NCBI RefSeq assembly: GCF_009914755.1
Contig: NC_060945.1
From: the human T2T-CHM13v2.0 reference genome, Homo sapiens
DNA length: 64,000 bases
Direction: 5' to 3' (one strand)
Shown: positions 42,028-55,703 of the stretch, piece by piece
Layout: the number at the start of each line of letters is the position of its first letter
How positions within the stretch are numbered: the stretch's first letter is position 1
The notes under the pieces: generated by a model
Told to the model about the DNA's origin: nothing
The model's database searches: none
What the model saw: the letters and a program-made list of their open reading frames with translations, nothing else
Made by a program: the position numbers and the translations under genes

Positions 42028-42358
42028 AAATAAAGGAAAGAGGTTTAATTGACTCACTCACAGTTCTGCATGGCTGGGGAGGCCTCAGGAAACTTACAAT
42101 CATGGCGGAAGGGGAAGTAGGTATGTCTTACATGGCAGCAGGAGAGAGAGGAGAAAGCGAAAGGGGAAGAGCCCCTTCTAAAACCGTCAGATCTCTTGAG
42201 AACTCAGTCACTATCACAAGAACAGCATGGGGGAAACGCCCCCATGATCCAATCACCTCCCTCCTTCAACACTTGGAGATTATGGGTACCCCACTCCACA
42301 CGTGAGGATATGAATTCGAGATGAGATTTGAGTGGGGACACAAAGCCAAACCATATCA
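42028..42358 (-). mobile_element. MSTA/THE1D-like LTR, missing its 3' end
   Basis: aaaggaaagaggtttaattgactcac...ggaggcctcaggaaacttacaatcatggc...ccaaaccatatca. Confidence 0.85.
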
Positions 42359-43084
42359 GTTGTACAAAGAGGTGGCAAAATAACAATTACCCGTAAAGTG
42401 CAATACAGAAACAAAAGGCTACTTTGTGATGTTAGAATATTAAAAACATAATCCTCACATAAATATGTCAAAGAAACATAAATATTTATGCATGAGAAAA
42501 CAAGCAGGTAAAACTAGTTCAAAGGAGGATACAGTGGACTGAATTATACATGTACATTTTTTCTGTAAGTTCATTTCAAGAAAAGGTGTTAATCTAACTG
42601 CAATCTTACTCCAATAGACTTCCTTTTCTTGAAAATGGAAAACTGTTTTTCATTTTTTAACAGAACCTTTCATTTGATGGTAGCTATCCTTCATTAAACA
42701 ATCACTACATGACAAATATTTTGCTAGGCTATACATATAAAATATGTAATCCCTACAAACTTATGGTGTGGGCATTTTATTACCCATGTTATAGAAGGAG
42801 GAACTGAGAAACAAGCTAAATGACTTGACTAAGTTCACACTGACAGCAAAGTGTGATGAAATCTCAGAATCTGTGTTCCCAGCACCAGAGTTAAATAGGT
42901 TGGTCTTTCCCTAAATCCCTGCCTCACTCTCCTATCGAAACCTATGGCCCTGGTGGACAGGTCTAGTCCAGCTCCTGACTCTGTCTTATTGAATTGTTTC
43001 TGGATATGATTTTTATGAACACAGTGTGTCCTGAAGCACTGCACATGCTTATAGATTGTGTGTGTTCTTCGGTTCCTTTGCTAA

Positions 43085-43520
43085 TTCATTCATTAATTCA
43101 TTCATCAATTCATTCACTTGTTTGGCATGTATTTATTGGGTGCTTATTCTATGTCCAGCATTGTGCAAGAACTAGGGAATTGAGACTGAAAACGCATAGC
43201 TTGGAGATAGACGTGGAAACAAACACAATAGCATACCCACAGTTGTAATGGAGGTACAAAGCCTACATCTGTGAGTCAGGGTCCTGCAGATAGGAGCTAG
43301 TGCTTGAGTTGAGACGTAAAGCATGACCCAGAGGAGCACGGCATTGCAATCAGAGTTAAAATAATTTGGTAGGAGCATATTGCATATTCAAGGGAGCCAC
43401 AGTAGGTTCAGCAGGTGCTGCAGATGGAGCAGGAGATGAGAGAGCTGGCAAAGGGATCAGGAACAAGATCATGAGCCTGTATATCCTGCTGAAGAGTGTA
43501 TGTTTTATCCTGAGGTATAA
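43085..43520. mobile_element. L2 3' fragment
   Basis: (ATTC)n tail followed by tatttattgggtgcttattctatgtccagcattgtgc. Confidence 0.65.
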
Positions 43521-45039
43521 GAAAAAGCTTTAATGAAGCGTGTCAATCCTCTGCCATGTAGAATTTACATTACTAGGTGGCAGAAGCCACCTCTTCTACT
43601 TTTCAAGGGTGTTATCCCTTAAGATGCCAAGTTAATATTACTTATGTAGTGGAGTTCCAGTAATGCTTGTTGAGTGGGAATGTATAATCTCCTAGCATGC
43701 ATTTGTTTAGCAAATGCTCGGAGAGCTAACATAGTAACATACTCTATCATGTTTCATATGTTCTTTAACTCTTCCCCTTTATCTAGTCAGCCCCATACAC
43801 TGAAAGGCAGTGAGCTGGAAACATGTGTCTGAAAAGCTTACTGATTCCCAACAGTGTGTGGAGTTATCAGAAATTACCGCACATGCAACAACCTCTGCTC
43901 AGGAAGTTTACCTCCTGTGATGAATTTGGTCTTCACCCCATAAATTCAATCTGCTGACTTGCTTCTTTTCATTTTTTTTTTTCTGACTCTAGTTTTGGAA
44001 CTTCTTTACAAAGTGAGAATAACTTAAAAAAAAAAAAGAAGCAGCGGGGGAAATTTGGGGACCAAGTTCCTTATTTCATGTTTCCTAATGAAACCTGATA
44101 CTTGCAAAATTTTGTTCAGTTATGCACTCATCTGAAAAAACACGTGCACTTTCTCTTTTGCATGTTTTAGGTTGTCTCAGAATTTCCTCAGTGCCAGTCC
44201 TCCAGCAGGCTGAGGCATTGCTTCTGGTTACCCCATTCCATCTTCTCTGTAGGTACCTACACCCTGCCAAAGGTAGCATATGACATCCTGACTCAGGAGA
44301 CAAAAGAGGATGAGCACAATGTTGACAATGGTTTCTGATTCATTCCCCCCTCCCTTCCTGTAACCCCTAACTGTGGAGATTAAAAATGAGAGATTTGCTT
44401 CTTTGGAGTGAATGAATATAAAATGCCTTCTTATTTTCAGTGTGGTCCCTCATCTTGGAGCTCATTATTTCTTTAAATATGCCTAAATGTGGCTTGGTAA
44501 TTTCACCTTCTTATGCGACTTAAGTACAAGTGATAAGGTGTCTTGGGGGCTCTTGAGTGTTTGATCCCAAGCTTTCATGTCACTTCTGCCTCTCCTTGAA
44601 CTTCTAGGAGATAAAAGAAAACCAGCTGTTTTCTTGTTAAAGATCAAGGTAATCAGGATGGCGATTCAGGACACAACCATGATCACTGCAGGGAAAAGGA
44701 GGTGGTGTGATGTTTTTCTATTAGGCACAGTGTGTCAGAGTTATGTAGCTGTCAGAAAAGGTATTTTGTTTCATGCCTATTTGTGATGTCTTTGTTGTTG
44801 TTGTTGTTGTTGCCAGTTTGAAATTCCTGGTATCATCTTCAGTAAACTGAATGAGGCTATTCTTAGTGGTGCCTTCCAATGGCAAGAGAATAGTATTTCA
44901 GATGCTTACTAGGTTTCTGAACTATTCTTCACAAGCATTTGCCTAATTCTTTATCCTTACAGTCATGCTGTGGGGTAGATGATACTATACCCATCTTATA
45001 GATAAGAAAACTGAGAGACAAGAAGTGTAAGTAACTTGC

Positions 45040-45394
45040 TGATATGGTTTTGGTGTGTCCCCACCCAAATCTCATCTCGAATTGTAGCTCCCACAATTCC
45101 CATGTGTTGTGGGAGGGACCCAGTAGCAGGTAATTGAATCATGGAGGCAAGTCTTCCCATGCTGTTCTCGTGATAGCGAATAAGTCTCATGAAATCTGAT
45201 GGTTTTATAAATGGGATTTTCCCTGCACAAGTTTTCTCTTGCCTGCCACCATGTAGACATGCCTTTCACTTTCCGCCATGATTGTGAGGCCTCCTCAGCC
45301 ACGTGGAACTGTGAGTCCATTAAACCTCTTTTTCTTTATAAATTACCCAGTCTCAGGTATGTCTTTATCAGCAGCATGAAAATGGACCAATAGA
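45040..45394 (+). mobile_element. THE1 (THE1A/B-like) solo LTR inserted into a MIR
   Basis: tgatatggttt...aatggaccaataga with a perfect TSD cttgc (45035-45039 / 45395-45399). The MIR core taacttgc|ccaggt is split by it. Confidence 0.92.
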
Positions 45395-45455
45395 CTTGCC
45401 CAGGTTATATTGCTCATCAGTGTTAGTGGAACTAAGATTTAAACCCATGCAGTCA

Positions 45456-45592
45456 CTGCCAGGACTAGGATAAAGTAAGAGAGGTGCTCAGGGTACAAAA
45501 TTTAAGCGAGAATTTCCTCTTAATCTTGTGCAAGTATAGAATACTCACCCAAGAATGAATGTTTCCTTAAATTGCACCCTCATCCTGGGCTT
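45456..45592. mobile_element. MER96-like hAT MITE
   Basis: gccaggactagg...caaaatttaag ... cttaaattgcaccctcatcctgggc inverted termini. Confidence 0.5.
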
Positions 45593-46689
45593 GCAAGCAA
45601 CCTAGATTTGTAGCCTAGGTACTTAATCCTTATACATCCCGCCTGCTTTATCCTCACCCTCATGGATCAGAGTCAGCCTTTAGTTGCATTGAACAGACTG
45701 AGAGAGGGTGTGCAGGCATGGAAGAGACCAGCAGAGACACGAGTCCAAAGCAGGTGTCTTTCCTTACTCTTAGCTGGGTATTCTCCTGTGCCCTCCCTCT
45801 TCTTTACACTATATTTCCATCCTTCTCCAGTACAGAAAGGAAAAAAATACTCTTCACTTGAGAAGTAAATGTCTGTATCCCATAGAGAAATATTAGAATA
45901 GCGTCTCAGAGCATTGCGCATACTCAGGCCTAGCTACTCCAAAGAGCCTTATTTCTTATCATCAAGTCCAGACACACCCTGAGGTTCGTGGTGGAATGGA
46001 TGATCATGCAGTGTACATATCGATAAGGAGTCCCGGGGCTTAGAACAGGGCCTTGTGACAAGGAGTCAAACTGCCTCAGAGAAAAGAAAAGGTGGAGGAC
46101 AGTCCAGGATCCCAGGACATCAGTGAAGATATCTATCCCTGCAAATACCCCATACTCTCAAAAATCTTTTATGTGCTCAGTAGGTTTTGAATGGGAATAA
46201 ACTTTTCCAGTTAGCTGATAAATGACAAAATAGTCACTATATAATTAAAGAGGTCCTTCCACTCAGTCCTGTACAGCCTGAGCTTTAGGAGGCCACTGGG
46301 ATTGTGGACTGATAATGCTGGAACTATCTCTGGTACCCTTCAGTAATGGATCAACTCTCCCCTTGACTCAGTGGGCCATGGAAGAAACACCCATATGCCC
46401 TTATGGACATGTGTGGAGAGCCAGCAGGAGCTATGGCCATGGCTGGCATGAAGGAGAGTAAGTGTTGGTATCTGGTAGCGTCACTGAACTTCTCAGCATC
46501 ACAATGGAAAATTCCTGCTAGTCCTTCTGGACAAACTTTTGACACTGAAATCTGAGCAGACTGGTTGATGATGGCTTCCTCTCTCTTAGGGGCATCATGC
46601 CAGCAGAACCCTGTGGGGAGGACCATACCAAATGGGCAAGCCCAACAGTGCTCAGAAGGGCCCCTGGGCTGTGAGGGAGCATCACTTGC

Positions 46690-46833
46690 CTCTTTGATCA
46701 GGTTCATAAATCTGGGTCCGAGGCGCCATGGCTTATGTCTATGGCACTGCAGGGAGCTGACGGTCAGCTGGGATGCCCGGTGCGAGGCAATGGCCACCAT
46801 GTACACAGCATCGTACATCAGAGCCGCTTCAGT
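46690..46833 (-). CDS. GRIK1: GRIK1 coding exon (probably exon 7), 144 nt, [13 protein letters not shown]...[10 protein letters not shown]
   Basis: tttcctccacag|ACT ... GAG|GCAAGT (GC donor). 48 codons matching GluK1, in frame with the next exon starting GCC (A). Confidence 0.96.
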
Positions 46834-48469
46834 CTGTGGAGGAAAACACACACCGCATCTTAAATTCCACTTTTGCTTACCTTCCTTTACTTGCATAATC
46901 ACTCTCCCTGCTTCCATAGCTCTTATCTGTCTGATCTCAAAGGCCATTTACTCTTCAGCTAGGTAGTTTTCACTCTCCAATAGCTATTTTTCTCCAAAAT
47001 AATACCTCACACTTTGGAGTAAATTGAAGTTATAACTCTGCTTCGTTTCAAGTTCTTTAAAAAAAAATAAAGCAACCCAGATCAGCCACAAAAGACTTGA
47101 TTCAAGGAACAAATATTTTGCGAAGTGTCCTCCATGTTAAGCATGGTGTTAAGATCAACTACCTTGAGCTAGAAGCTACTAAAGCTCAAAGTTGCAATAT
47201 CAGATTTGTTTCTCAGCATTTGTCTATATCTATTTATCTATCTACTTACTGGTTTATATTTGGTAGAAAGAAACTGCTACAATCACTAACAGGTGATTTC
47301 CAGATAAGGATACTGGTGTTGGTCACTTTCATTTAGCAGAGTTAAGAAGTTCATAGTCATGGAATGAAACTCAACGGCAAGTTTTGGGAGACCCTCTGAA
47401 GGGCAGACAAGTGCAGCTTGCTCAGAACATGCCTCCTCTTGCCAGCATGTGCTTTCTTGAGAGAGATTGAAACAAGTCGGTCATTCCTTTTAGGGGGTTG
47501 GGCATCTCGTTCTTCCCTTCCTCATGAAATTCCTCTCACTTGCACAATTTTACATAATACAGCATTTTATAAAATATGCTTCCCTGTGGTTTCCTTTAGG
47601 GATAAAATCTTATAATACCCTTGCATTTCACTTGAGGGTTTCATTGCAACTTCAAATACATTAGCTCATTTGAAATTCTCAACAAGTCTTCAAAATAAGC
47701 AGAAGAGATAAAGCTATTTATTATGTGAGAAAACTCACTTCGAGGTAGGATATTTGTGGAGGGGCACACACACGCACACACACACACACACATGCACAGC
47801 CACACACACACCACATACACAATCATAGTGAGAAATCCCAGAGATGTCACTACTTCTGCTTATTATTTCTGGAGAGTAATAGGGATTATATACATAGCTA
47901 ATCATTTTCAGAGTTAAACCTAGAATCTAGGTCATAGAATGAAAATTATCATATGGTTTTCCAAAATTGGTTGATTCATTCAACATATACTATGCATTGA
48001 TTGCTCATGTCTTGGTGGAGGTAGAAAGTGAGGACAGGGGTTACTATATCTCACAATTTTATCAGTCTTTGAGGTCACGGAATACCTCTACTTTGAATCA
48101 TTATTATTCTGTTCAATCTTTATCATTGTATTTTCCATCTATTCATGGTCATGGATCTTTATGTCTGTATCTTGTTAAGAATATTGGTTTTTTGAAGGCA
48201 GAAACTGCTCAAATTTAAGTTAGCTTTGGTGACTAACATGGTTCCTGACACAGAAAAGTTGTTTAAACATGTTCACTGACGAAGTTAATACTACTCAATT
48301 CCTTAAAATGACATTTATTTTTGTGAGAATTGTAGAATTGCAAGGTTTTAAGATATAGTTTTAAGAAAAAGCATTTCATTCATGCTTATGTAATTGACAT
48401 ACTGACGTTGGATTGGTGGTGGCAGTAATTTATAATGCTTAAAAATGTTTTGATCATTTCAGTTCAGGA

Positions 48470-49180
48470 CTTACACTATCCACTTTGTAGATGAGAAAAC
48501 TAAGGCTTACGGAAATTGACCGGTATAAGGCTACTCTGTAATCAATTTCATTGCCAGGGTTTGAGCCTGCACCTGCCTGATTCTAGCACCCATGATCTTT
48601 ACCACTTTGCTGTACTAATTCTGTTTAATTGGAGGAAAGTAAGCTACTGGCAGATTGAGACTTTTGGAAATGCAGTCAACAGCAATAGCTGACATTTATT
48701 GAGCACTTATGATATGTCGCATGCTGTTCTAAATCCCTTGCAAACATTAAATTTTCACTATAACCTTTATTCTTTTACAGATAAAGAAAAAAGATGTTAA
48801 ATGGGATCCCCAAACTCATGGGGGGACAGGCAATATTCAAACCCACAAAGTTGGTGCTAGAGTATATGCCGTTAACCATAAAGTTGTGCTGCTTCTACAC
48901 CAAGTTATTGGTCTGATGATTTAATAGTCACAATAATAGTTCAATAAAGGTTAATATTCACTGATAATTTACTATGTGCCAGGCACTATAAGCATTTTAC
49001 ATATGTCATCTTTTTTAATTACTGAAATTAAACTTTTGAAATAGGTATACAGACAGGGAAATTGAGGCTTGTAGAGAGGTAGAATAACTTGCCTAAAATT
49101 TTGTAGACATTAAGGGAAAGAGTGAGAATTCTAATTCGTGATGCAAACTCAGATTTCACCTCATGACCATAGCCACATGC
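48470..49180 (-). mobile_element. Cluster of three MIR fragments
   Basis: ttttgtagatgagaaaactaaggc; tttattgagcacttat; agggaaattgaggctt..taacttgcctaa. Confidence 0.65.
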
Positions 49181-49849
49181 TACAGTGACTTGGACTGTTT
49201 CTTATCAATAGGATATACTTTTTTGAAAATTCGTATGTGTTTTCATTAATTCGCTGAATGACCAATTTGATAGAGAAGTATAAGGACTGGAATTCTAATA
49301 ATCTGACTTTTCCATAAACTTAGTTTAGAAAGGATGGGCATTCTTTCTCAAGGCGGGCTCCATATTGGGAAAGGCAATAAAATGATTCAAAATTATAGGT
49401 CTAATTTGTGCCCTTCAACCCAAAGAAGAAAACTATTTGTTCGAAAAAATATGCTACCCCTTGAAATACAATGTTTTCTTAGATGGAGAAAATGTTTACA
49501 TTAACTATATTATAGCACTAATAAACTACCACTGATTTTCCTCCCCCTTTCAGTTTTGTGCTCGAGGCCTGCTTACTGAATGACTGTCATCATTTTAGGT
49601 AATAGGTAATGTAATAGAAACTGGCCTGTGTTCAAATTTTCTTCTTCCAAATGTGTTTCTGTTCACATTTTATGTATATCTAAAGCCTGGATGAAATCAC
49701 ATTGCTCAATGACCCTAAGAAAATCTTTTTACCACAATCTGAACCATGAAATAAGCACATTGAAAGCATACTTCTCCTCAGTACACAATGCTTTGGTTAT
49801 TACAATTTGCAGTAAAGTATTAACTCACTAGGCTTAGGGTACTCAGACC

Positions 49850-50416
49850 TTGCACATTCCAAAGAGAAGATTGGCCCCTTGACTGGCTCTTGAGAGATAA
49901 CTTTTAACTCCTTGGAATATCCCAATAAGAGTGTCATTGTATTCTTTGGGTCCTGGGCAATGTCAGATAGTTTATGCTAAAAACATGATTTATGATGAAT
50001 GCCTATTTTTGCTGGCCTAGGTCTCTGGGCCATGCTGTATCAATTTGATCTCCCAAAAGGCTGGATACTAAGTAACTAAGGCCAGCTGTATGGGAGCTCC
50101 ATGCCTATGTGACCCATCATCCCAATAAAAAACCTGGACCCCAAGGCTTGGGTGAGCTTCCCTGGTTGGCAATACTTTCTAGTTGTCATAGATCATTGCT
50201 GAGGATTAAGTGCTGTTCATGCAACTCTATTGGGAGAGGATACTTGGAAGTTCATGCTTTTTCTGTGTGGACTCTCTGTCACTTTTTCCTTCGCTGATTT
50301 TACTCTATCGTCTGTTGCTATAAATCTGTCATTGTGAGTATAACAGCTTTTCTGAGTTCTGTGAGTCCTGCTAGCAAGTCATCAAATCTGAAGATGGTCT
50401 TGAGGACTCTGAACAT
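49850..50416 (+). mobile_element. MER21-like LTR
   Basis: ccaaagaga..tggccc...aataaaaacctggaccccaaggcttgggtgagcttccctggttggcaatact...gagttctgtgagtcctgctagca. Confidence 0.8.
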
Positions 50417-50645
50417 AAGCCAGTCAGATGCCACCTCATCTTAGAGACAAGGACTGACGACACTATATGGCCTTAGAAAGTCCCCATACTTAGCTGCCTG
50501 GATGGTGTATAATTGTTGTTGGAAAAAGCTGGAGGAGATTGGGGTGCTGAAGAGAGACCTAATATTCAGAGATCAAATGGGTTGATCACACAGGGTCATA
50601 TAGGTCCCAGATAAGATTCCATCTTGGGCTATATGTGCAAGCTAA

Positions 50646-51008
<363 letters not shown>

Positions 51009-51079
51009 TCTTGTTCTTTTATTGACTACAAATGGGCAAAACATCAGGTATCATCAAGTAAATTCAATTCTATGTACTA

Positions 51080-51280
51080 GAGGTTTTGCATATGTGATCT
51101 AATTTAATCTGTAGAGTAACACTGTAAGGTGTTATTGTACAGATTTATGGATGAGCAGACAAACTAAGAGAGGTTAAATGACTTGTTCAGGTCACTTAGT
51201 TAGGAGACATAACCAGGACTTAACCCTAGGCTTTCATTATCTCGGAAGATTTTGCTTTCTGTACTGAATCCAGCTGCCTG
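51080..51280 (-). mobile_element. MIR
   Basis: atttaatct...gagaggttaaatgacttgttcaggtcac. Confidence 0.65.
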
Positions 51281-54200
51281 TTTTCTTTCATCGCTGGAGT
51301 AGCAGTGGATGTACAAAGTGGGAACTCTATGACGTCTTCCCTGTGGGTCATGATTAAGGGAAATGTTTACAGGCAAGAGAGCAGGATAAGGCTCTGACGT
51401 AAGTTTATGTTGTGAGTGGATATGAAGAACTGGAAAGGCAGATGTCAGATCAATGTTTGGTTGTTCCCCTGACTCCTGTGCAGTGTTGACTCATACACAA
51501 TTTTGGTCCACTGAGAAGGACCCATTTGAGAATGAACCATTCTGTATTATCCCAGTCTATCCAAAAGCTGAAAGGTCGAATCAGCCCAATTGCTGAGAAA
51601 AATGTAAACATTATAAAAGAGAACAAAGTAGATTTTATAAAAATCACTCCAAACTTCTGTTAATTCTGTCAATTACCACTTCAGTTGATAAAACACTCTT
51701 TCTTTTTCTCAAGATATTTTTTAATAACGAGTTTTACTGTTTTTCAACTCCGTTGACTCAGTAACAATTTTCTTAGTAACTTAATTTTAACCTAATTTTT
51801 AAACTAAATTTTTTTCTTTAATTAATTCTATTGTTCTTAAGTCTGGTGTCAAGATTTTTTGGATATAGGCATGACTGATTTCTCTATTTTCAGGTTTGAA
51901 TGTTTTGATATAATCATATTTTTGAGGATTTTTAGTGTATGAAATTCTAGGAAATGCTTAATAGTTAGAAATATTAGAGAGAAAAATAGACAATTGAATG
52001 GGAAATCAAAACACATGCATTTTCCTTATGCTTTTTTCTAATTCCTATATTCATCCATGTATGTATGCACCACATACCAATATGACTATAAACAGCTACA
52101 GGGAAATTCACCTTGAAGAATAGTGGAATGAAGCATATGATTTCAGAGAATTCAATTCTATTATAGTAGTAGCATTATTTAAATATTAAGAGTGGCCAGT
52201 CTGTGACTAATTTTAAAAAAACACTATTATTTTAAAGTAATCTCTATTTTACTAATCATGCACATTCACATATATCTTGTTTATAGGAACTCTCTGCACT
52301 TTTATGGGACTATTTCAAGGCTGCCTAAATATTTTTCATTTAACATCTTCAGTTTTAGTAGAAGCTTAATTCTTATTTATTTAGCACATTAATTTCTTTA
52401 TTAAATTCGCACTGGGCCTTTTCTAGTGCTGGGGAGAAAGCAAAGCACAAAATCACAAAGCCTCTTTTTCATAAAAGACACTTTTATGAAGTGTCTATTC
52501 TTGTAGGGAAGGTACTGAACAAACGAATCAAAATATAACACGTCAGGTCATAAGGGCTATGAAGAAAACAAAAACAGGTAAGAAGAAAGAGAGAAAAACC
52601 AGGGAGGGGGCTACTGTACTAGATGGTGATTCATGGAGGCTCTGTCTGGTGAAGTGGCATTTTGTAGCCTGGATAAGTGAGACTTCAAGGCAGGGGGACA
52701 GCAAGTGCTTGATGTGCAAGAATGAATGAAGGGCAGGGTCTACGATGTGGACCCAATGAAACTGAAACCAAAGGACTTTTTATCTTTAACGTAGAGAAGA
52801 AAGAGTTTAAATAGAGGCAACTTGACAGCAAAGATTTGTTAGCTTTGGGCCTGGGTTTGGGGTCATAAGTTTGCTCTCTTGGCTTAGCTATTGATCAAAC
52901 GGAGGTCCTTTCGTGCCCTTCAATGCCCTTCACCTCCCATGACACAGTTTCCACATTCCCAAAGTAGCCACATCCAGGAGAAACAGAAAGAAAACAGTCA
53001 AGTGCAAAGCAGACTCTTTGGATAAAAAAAGGTAAATGTTACGCTTCACATAATTTCAAAGTTATTATCTGCATGACTGTTGGATACAACTCATACTGGG
53101 GCCTGCATCCTATCACTTTTTAAAAAATTAGTATTGACACGACCTGATATATTCAATAGTTACTCTACCCACTTTTGCAGCACCTTAGTGAGCTACCCTC
53201 TTCTGCTCTGGTAAATCCCCACTTTCCTTTATATAGTTAATTATAATAATAACTGTAAGAACACAGTCTAGAAACCCCTCTCTTAGTTGGGATGATAGTA
53301 AAAATCTTCAGGCAGACCAGGACCTCTTCCATCCACTGGGACTCAACCTTATCACACTTCCTGCCCAGGGGATTACCGTTAGCTCAGGACACCAGCTGCT
53401 GCCCTGGGATAGCAGCTTCACCTCACGCTCGGCCTGATTCCACATGAATTGCGTAGGTCTGTCTCCTTTGTTCAACGATCTTCCTCATTTCAGTCAATAT
53501 GTACAAACTGTTTTGTCAGCTCAGTATAATTGAACACACAGACTTTTTTTCTTTGTAAATTAAGCCATACTTGTGATGAATATTTAATGTTTGGCATAAG
53601 TCCACAGTCTGTGTTAACATAGCTTCAAACTGTAACTCTTTTAGTGGTATATACCAAACACAGGTAAAAATGATTTGAGATCTCATCCTGTGATTGAAAC
53701 TTCATTGGAAAAGTGGGCAGAGGATTTCGAACCATATTTGAACTCATTGAAATTATAAACCCAAGAGGAAGAAGAGAAAAACCGATCTATTAGCGTGCTT
53801 CTCCCTCTGTCTCTGGTGTTCCCTCTCCCTTTCAGAAATATAATATTTCCCTGGATATTCTCTACTTGCTCCTATTCAAAGAAATGTTTCAAATCATCCC
53901 AGGGCTCATTTGTACCAAGATGCTTTCCATCATTATCTCTCAGTTCACTTTGAATATTTTAAAAGTTATTTCAGGTTTGAAAAACAGTTAGGGAGCCTGA
54001 ACATAGAATCATCCAGAACCACTTAATTCATTCATTTAGTTCTTCGCTTTCATTTGTTCCTCATAAGAAAAAGGGGAAAAAAATCCCAAGTTCTCTGTGA
54101 GATGTTGGGTAAATTGCATCTTAAAAGCGAGAGTGCGTCTCCCGATGATAGGAATGGATAATAAAATACTATGCCATTTTAAAATGCTATTACCTGCCTG

Positions 54201-54960
54201 CATTCCACAATATCTTTCCCCTTAGATGGCTCCCATATAGGAAGCATTTTAAAAAATTATTTCCTGCTATTTTCTTCAGCACCCAGGGAGCTTCATTAGA
54301 GAAATATAGTGAAGGTAGGTGCATTTGACAAGAGACAAATGATGTTAGGGAGAAGCTCTCTGATGAGGCAGTTCGCAATGTATCTGTTCAGCAGAGTATC
54401 TCTGACTTGTCAGGAGGCAGGTCTGGCATCTGCTTCAAGAGCGACATATGGCTGGTGTTAAACACTGTCAGTTCTGCAGAGGTGAACCTATACGCATCCA
54501 GGACAGGAAGAGCTGAATACACCGACTGTTTGTAAATCCGACATTTTTCCACACTGGCTTTGCTTGCTGAAATGTGGCAGAAGTGAGGAACACAAATCGG
54601 TTCTGCAAAACTCACAGGTAGGTTGTTCCTCCTCTTCCCCCACCAGCCACCTTCCCCACAGCCACATTCCTAGAATAAAATGCTCTTCACTTGTCCTTGC
54701 ACTGGTTTGGCTGATAATGGTGATTACTCTTGTCAAGTTTTTTATCTGGGGCAAGTACATCCAGGAAGCTAAAAGTAGCAGTTTTTGCTAGTAGCCAGTC
54801 ACAGCCTTTCAAATTACCTAAAAAGCAAACTCTTTCTTCTCTACTGCAAGTCAAGGCACCCACTGTAACACTTTTCTCTAATATTTTAAAGATACGTGAG
54901 ATCTTAACCCCGAAGGCATTCAAATATTCTTGCAAATGATTTTATTTGAAAATGACTTAC

Positions 54961-55134
54961 TGTCATCATGCCATCCAAAAGGCCAGTCTCGGGCCTGGGT
55001 GGGGCCTGCAGTCTCTCCATGGACCACTTCTCAATGATGGATGACACGTGAGGGTTGTCAATGTTAAGCAGCCGAAACCCGGTCATGTTTACGCCACTGT
55101 ACCTATAGAGTTCCAGATCCAAAGCAAATAAGTC
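54961..55134 (-). CDS. GRIK1: GRIK1 coding exon (probably exon 6), 174 nt, [20 protein letters not shown]...LLDGMMT
   Basis: atgcag|GAC ... ACA|GTAAGT. 58 codons matching GluK1 ATD, including the N-glycan sequon NMT. Phase 0/0. Confidence 0.97.
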
Positions 55135-55227
55135 CTGCATAGTATCAAAAAGGATAACAGTGGAAAATAATTAGAATTTTCATTTTTTATACAAAAGAAT
55201 ATTAATGATTGTAGCACCAACTAATAC

Positions 55228-55703
55228 AATGATACCTTTTATCTGTGGTTTTGTGGTTCATGGTTTCAGTTACCTGCGGTCAACCACAGTTGGAACATGT
55301 TAAATGGAAAACTTCAGAAATAAGCAATTCATAATTTTAAAATTGCACACCACTCTGAGTAGCATGAGGAAATCTTGAGCTGTCCCATGCTGTCCTGCCT
55401 GGGACATGAATTATTTGTCCAGAGTCTCCATACTACAGATGCCACCTGCTCATCAGTCAGTTAATAGCTGTCTCAGTTATGAGGTAGAGTATCGTGGTAT
55501 GGAAGTGCTTTGTTAAGTCACCCTTATACTTCATAATGGTTCCAGTCTGCAAGAGTATTGTGCCTAATTTATCAATTAATCTTTATCCTAGGTTTGTATA
55601 TATAGGAAAAACATAATCTATATGGGGTTTGGCACCATACTAGATTTCAGGCATCTATTGGAGGTCTCAGAACATATACCCATTGGATAAAGGGGAGCTG
55701 CTA
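55228..55703 (+). mobile_element. MER44-like (Tigger7 derivative, TcMar) DNA transposon
   Basis: ggtttcagttacctgcggtcaaccac...aaatggaaaacttcagaaataagcaattcataa...; ends ggataaaggggagctgcta. Lies about 95 bp upstream of the exon 54961-55134 acceptor. Confidence 0.75.

Noticed and set aside
46875-46885. Strong minus-strand donor AAG|GTAAGC just upstream of the 144-nt exon
   Set aside because: It would leave an intron of only ~47 nt, too short for typical human splicing.
46351-46947. 198-aa ORF as a stand-alone gene
   Set aside because: Only 46690-46833 is GRIK1 coding and it is bounded by splice sites. The upstream part is intron. The downstream part is treated separately as a read-through hypothesis.
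54275-54295. REST/RE1-like site TTCAGCACC
   Set aside because: Only the left half-site is present. The GGACAG right half is missing at canonical spacing.
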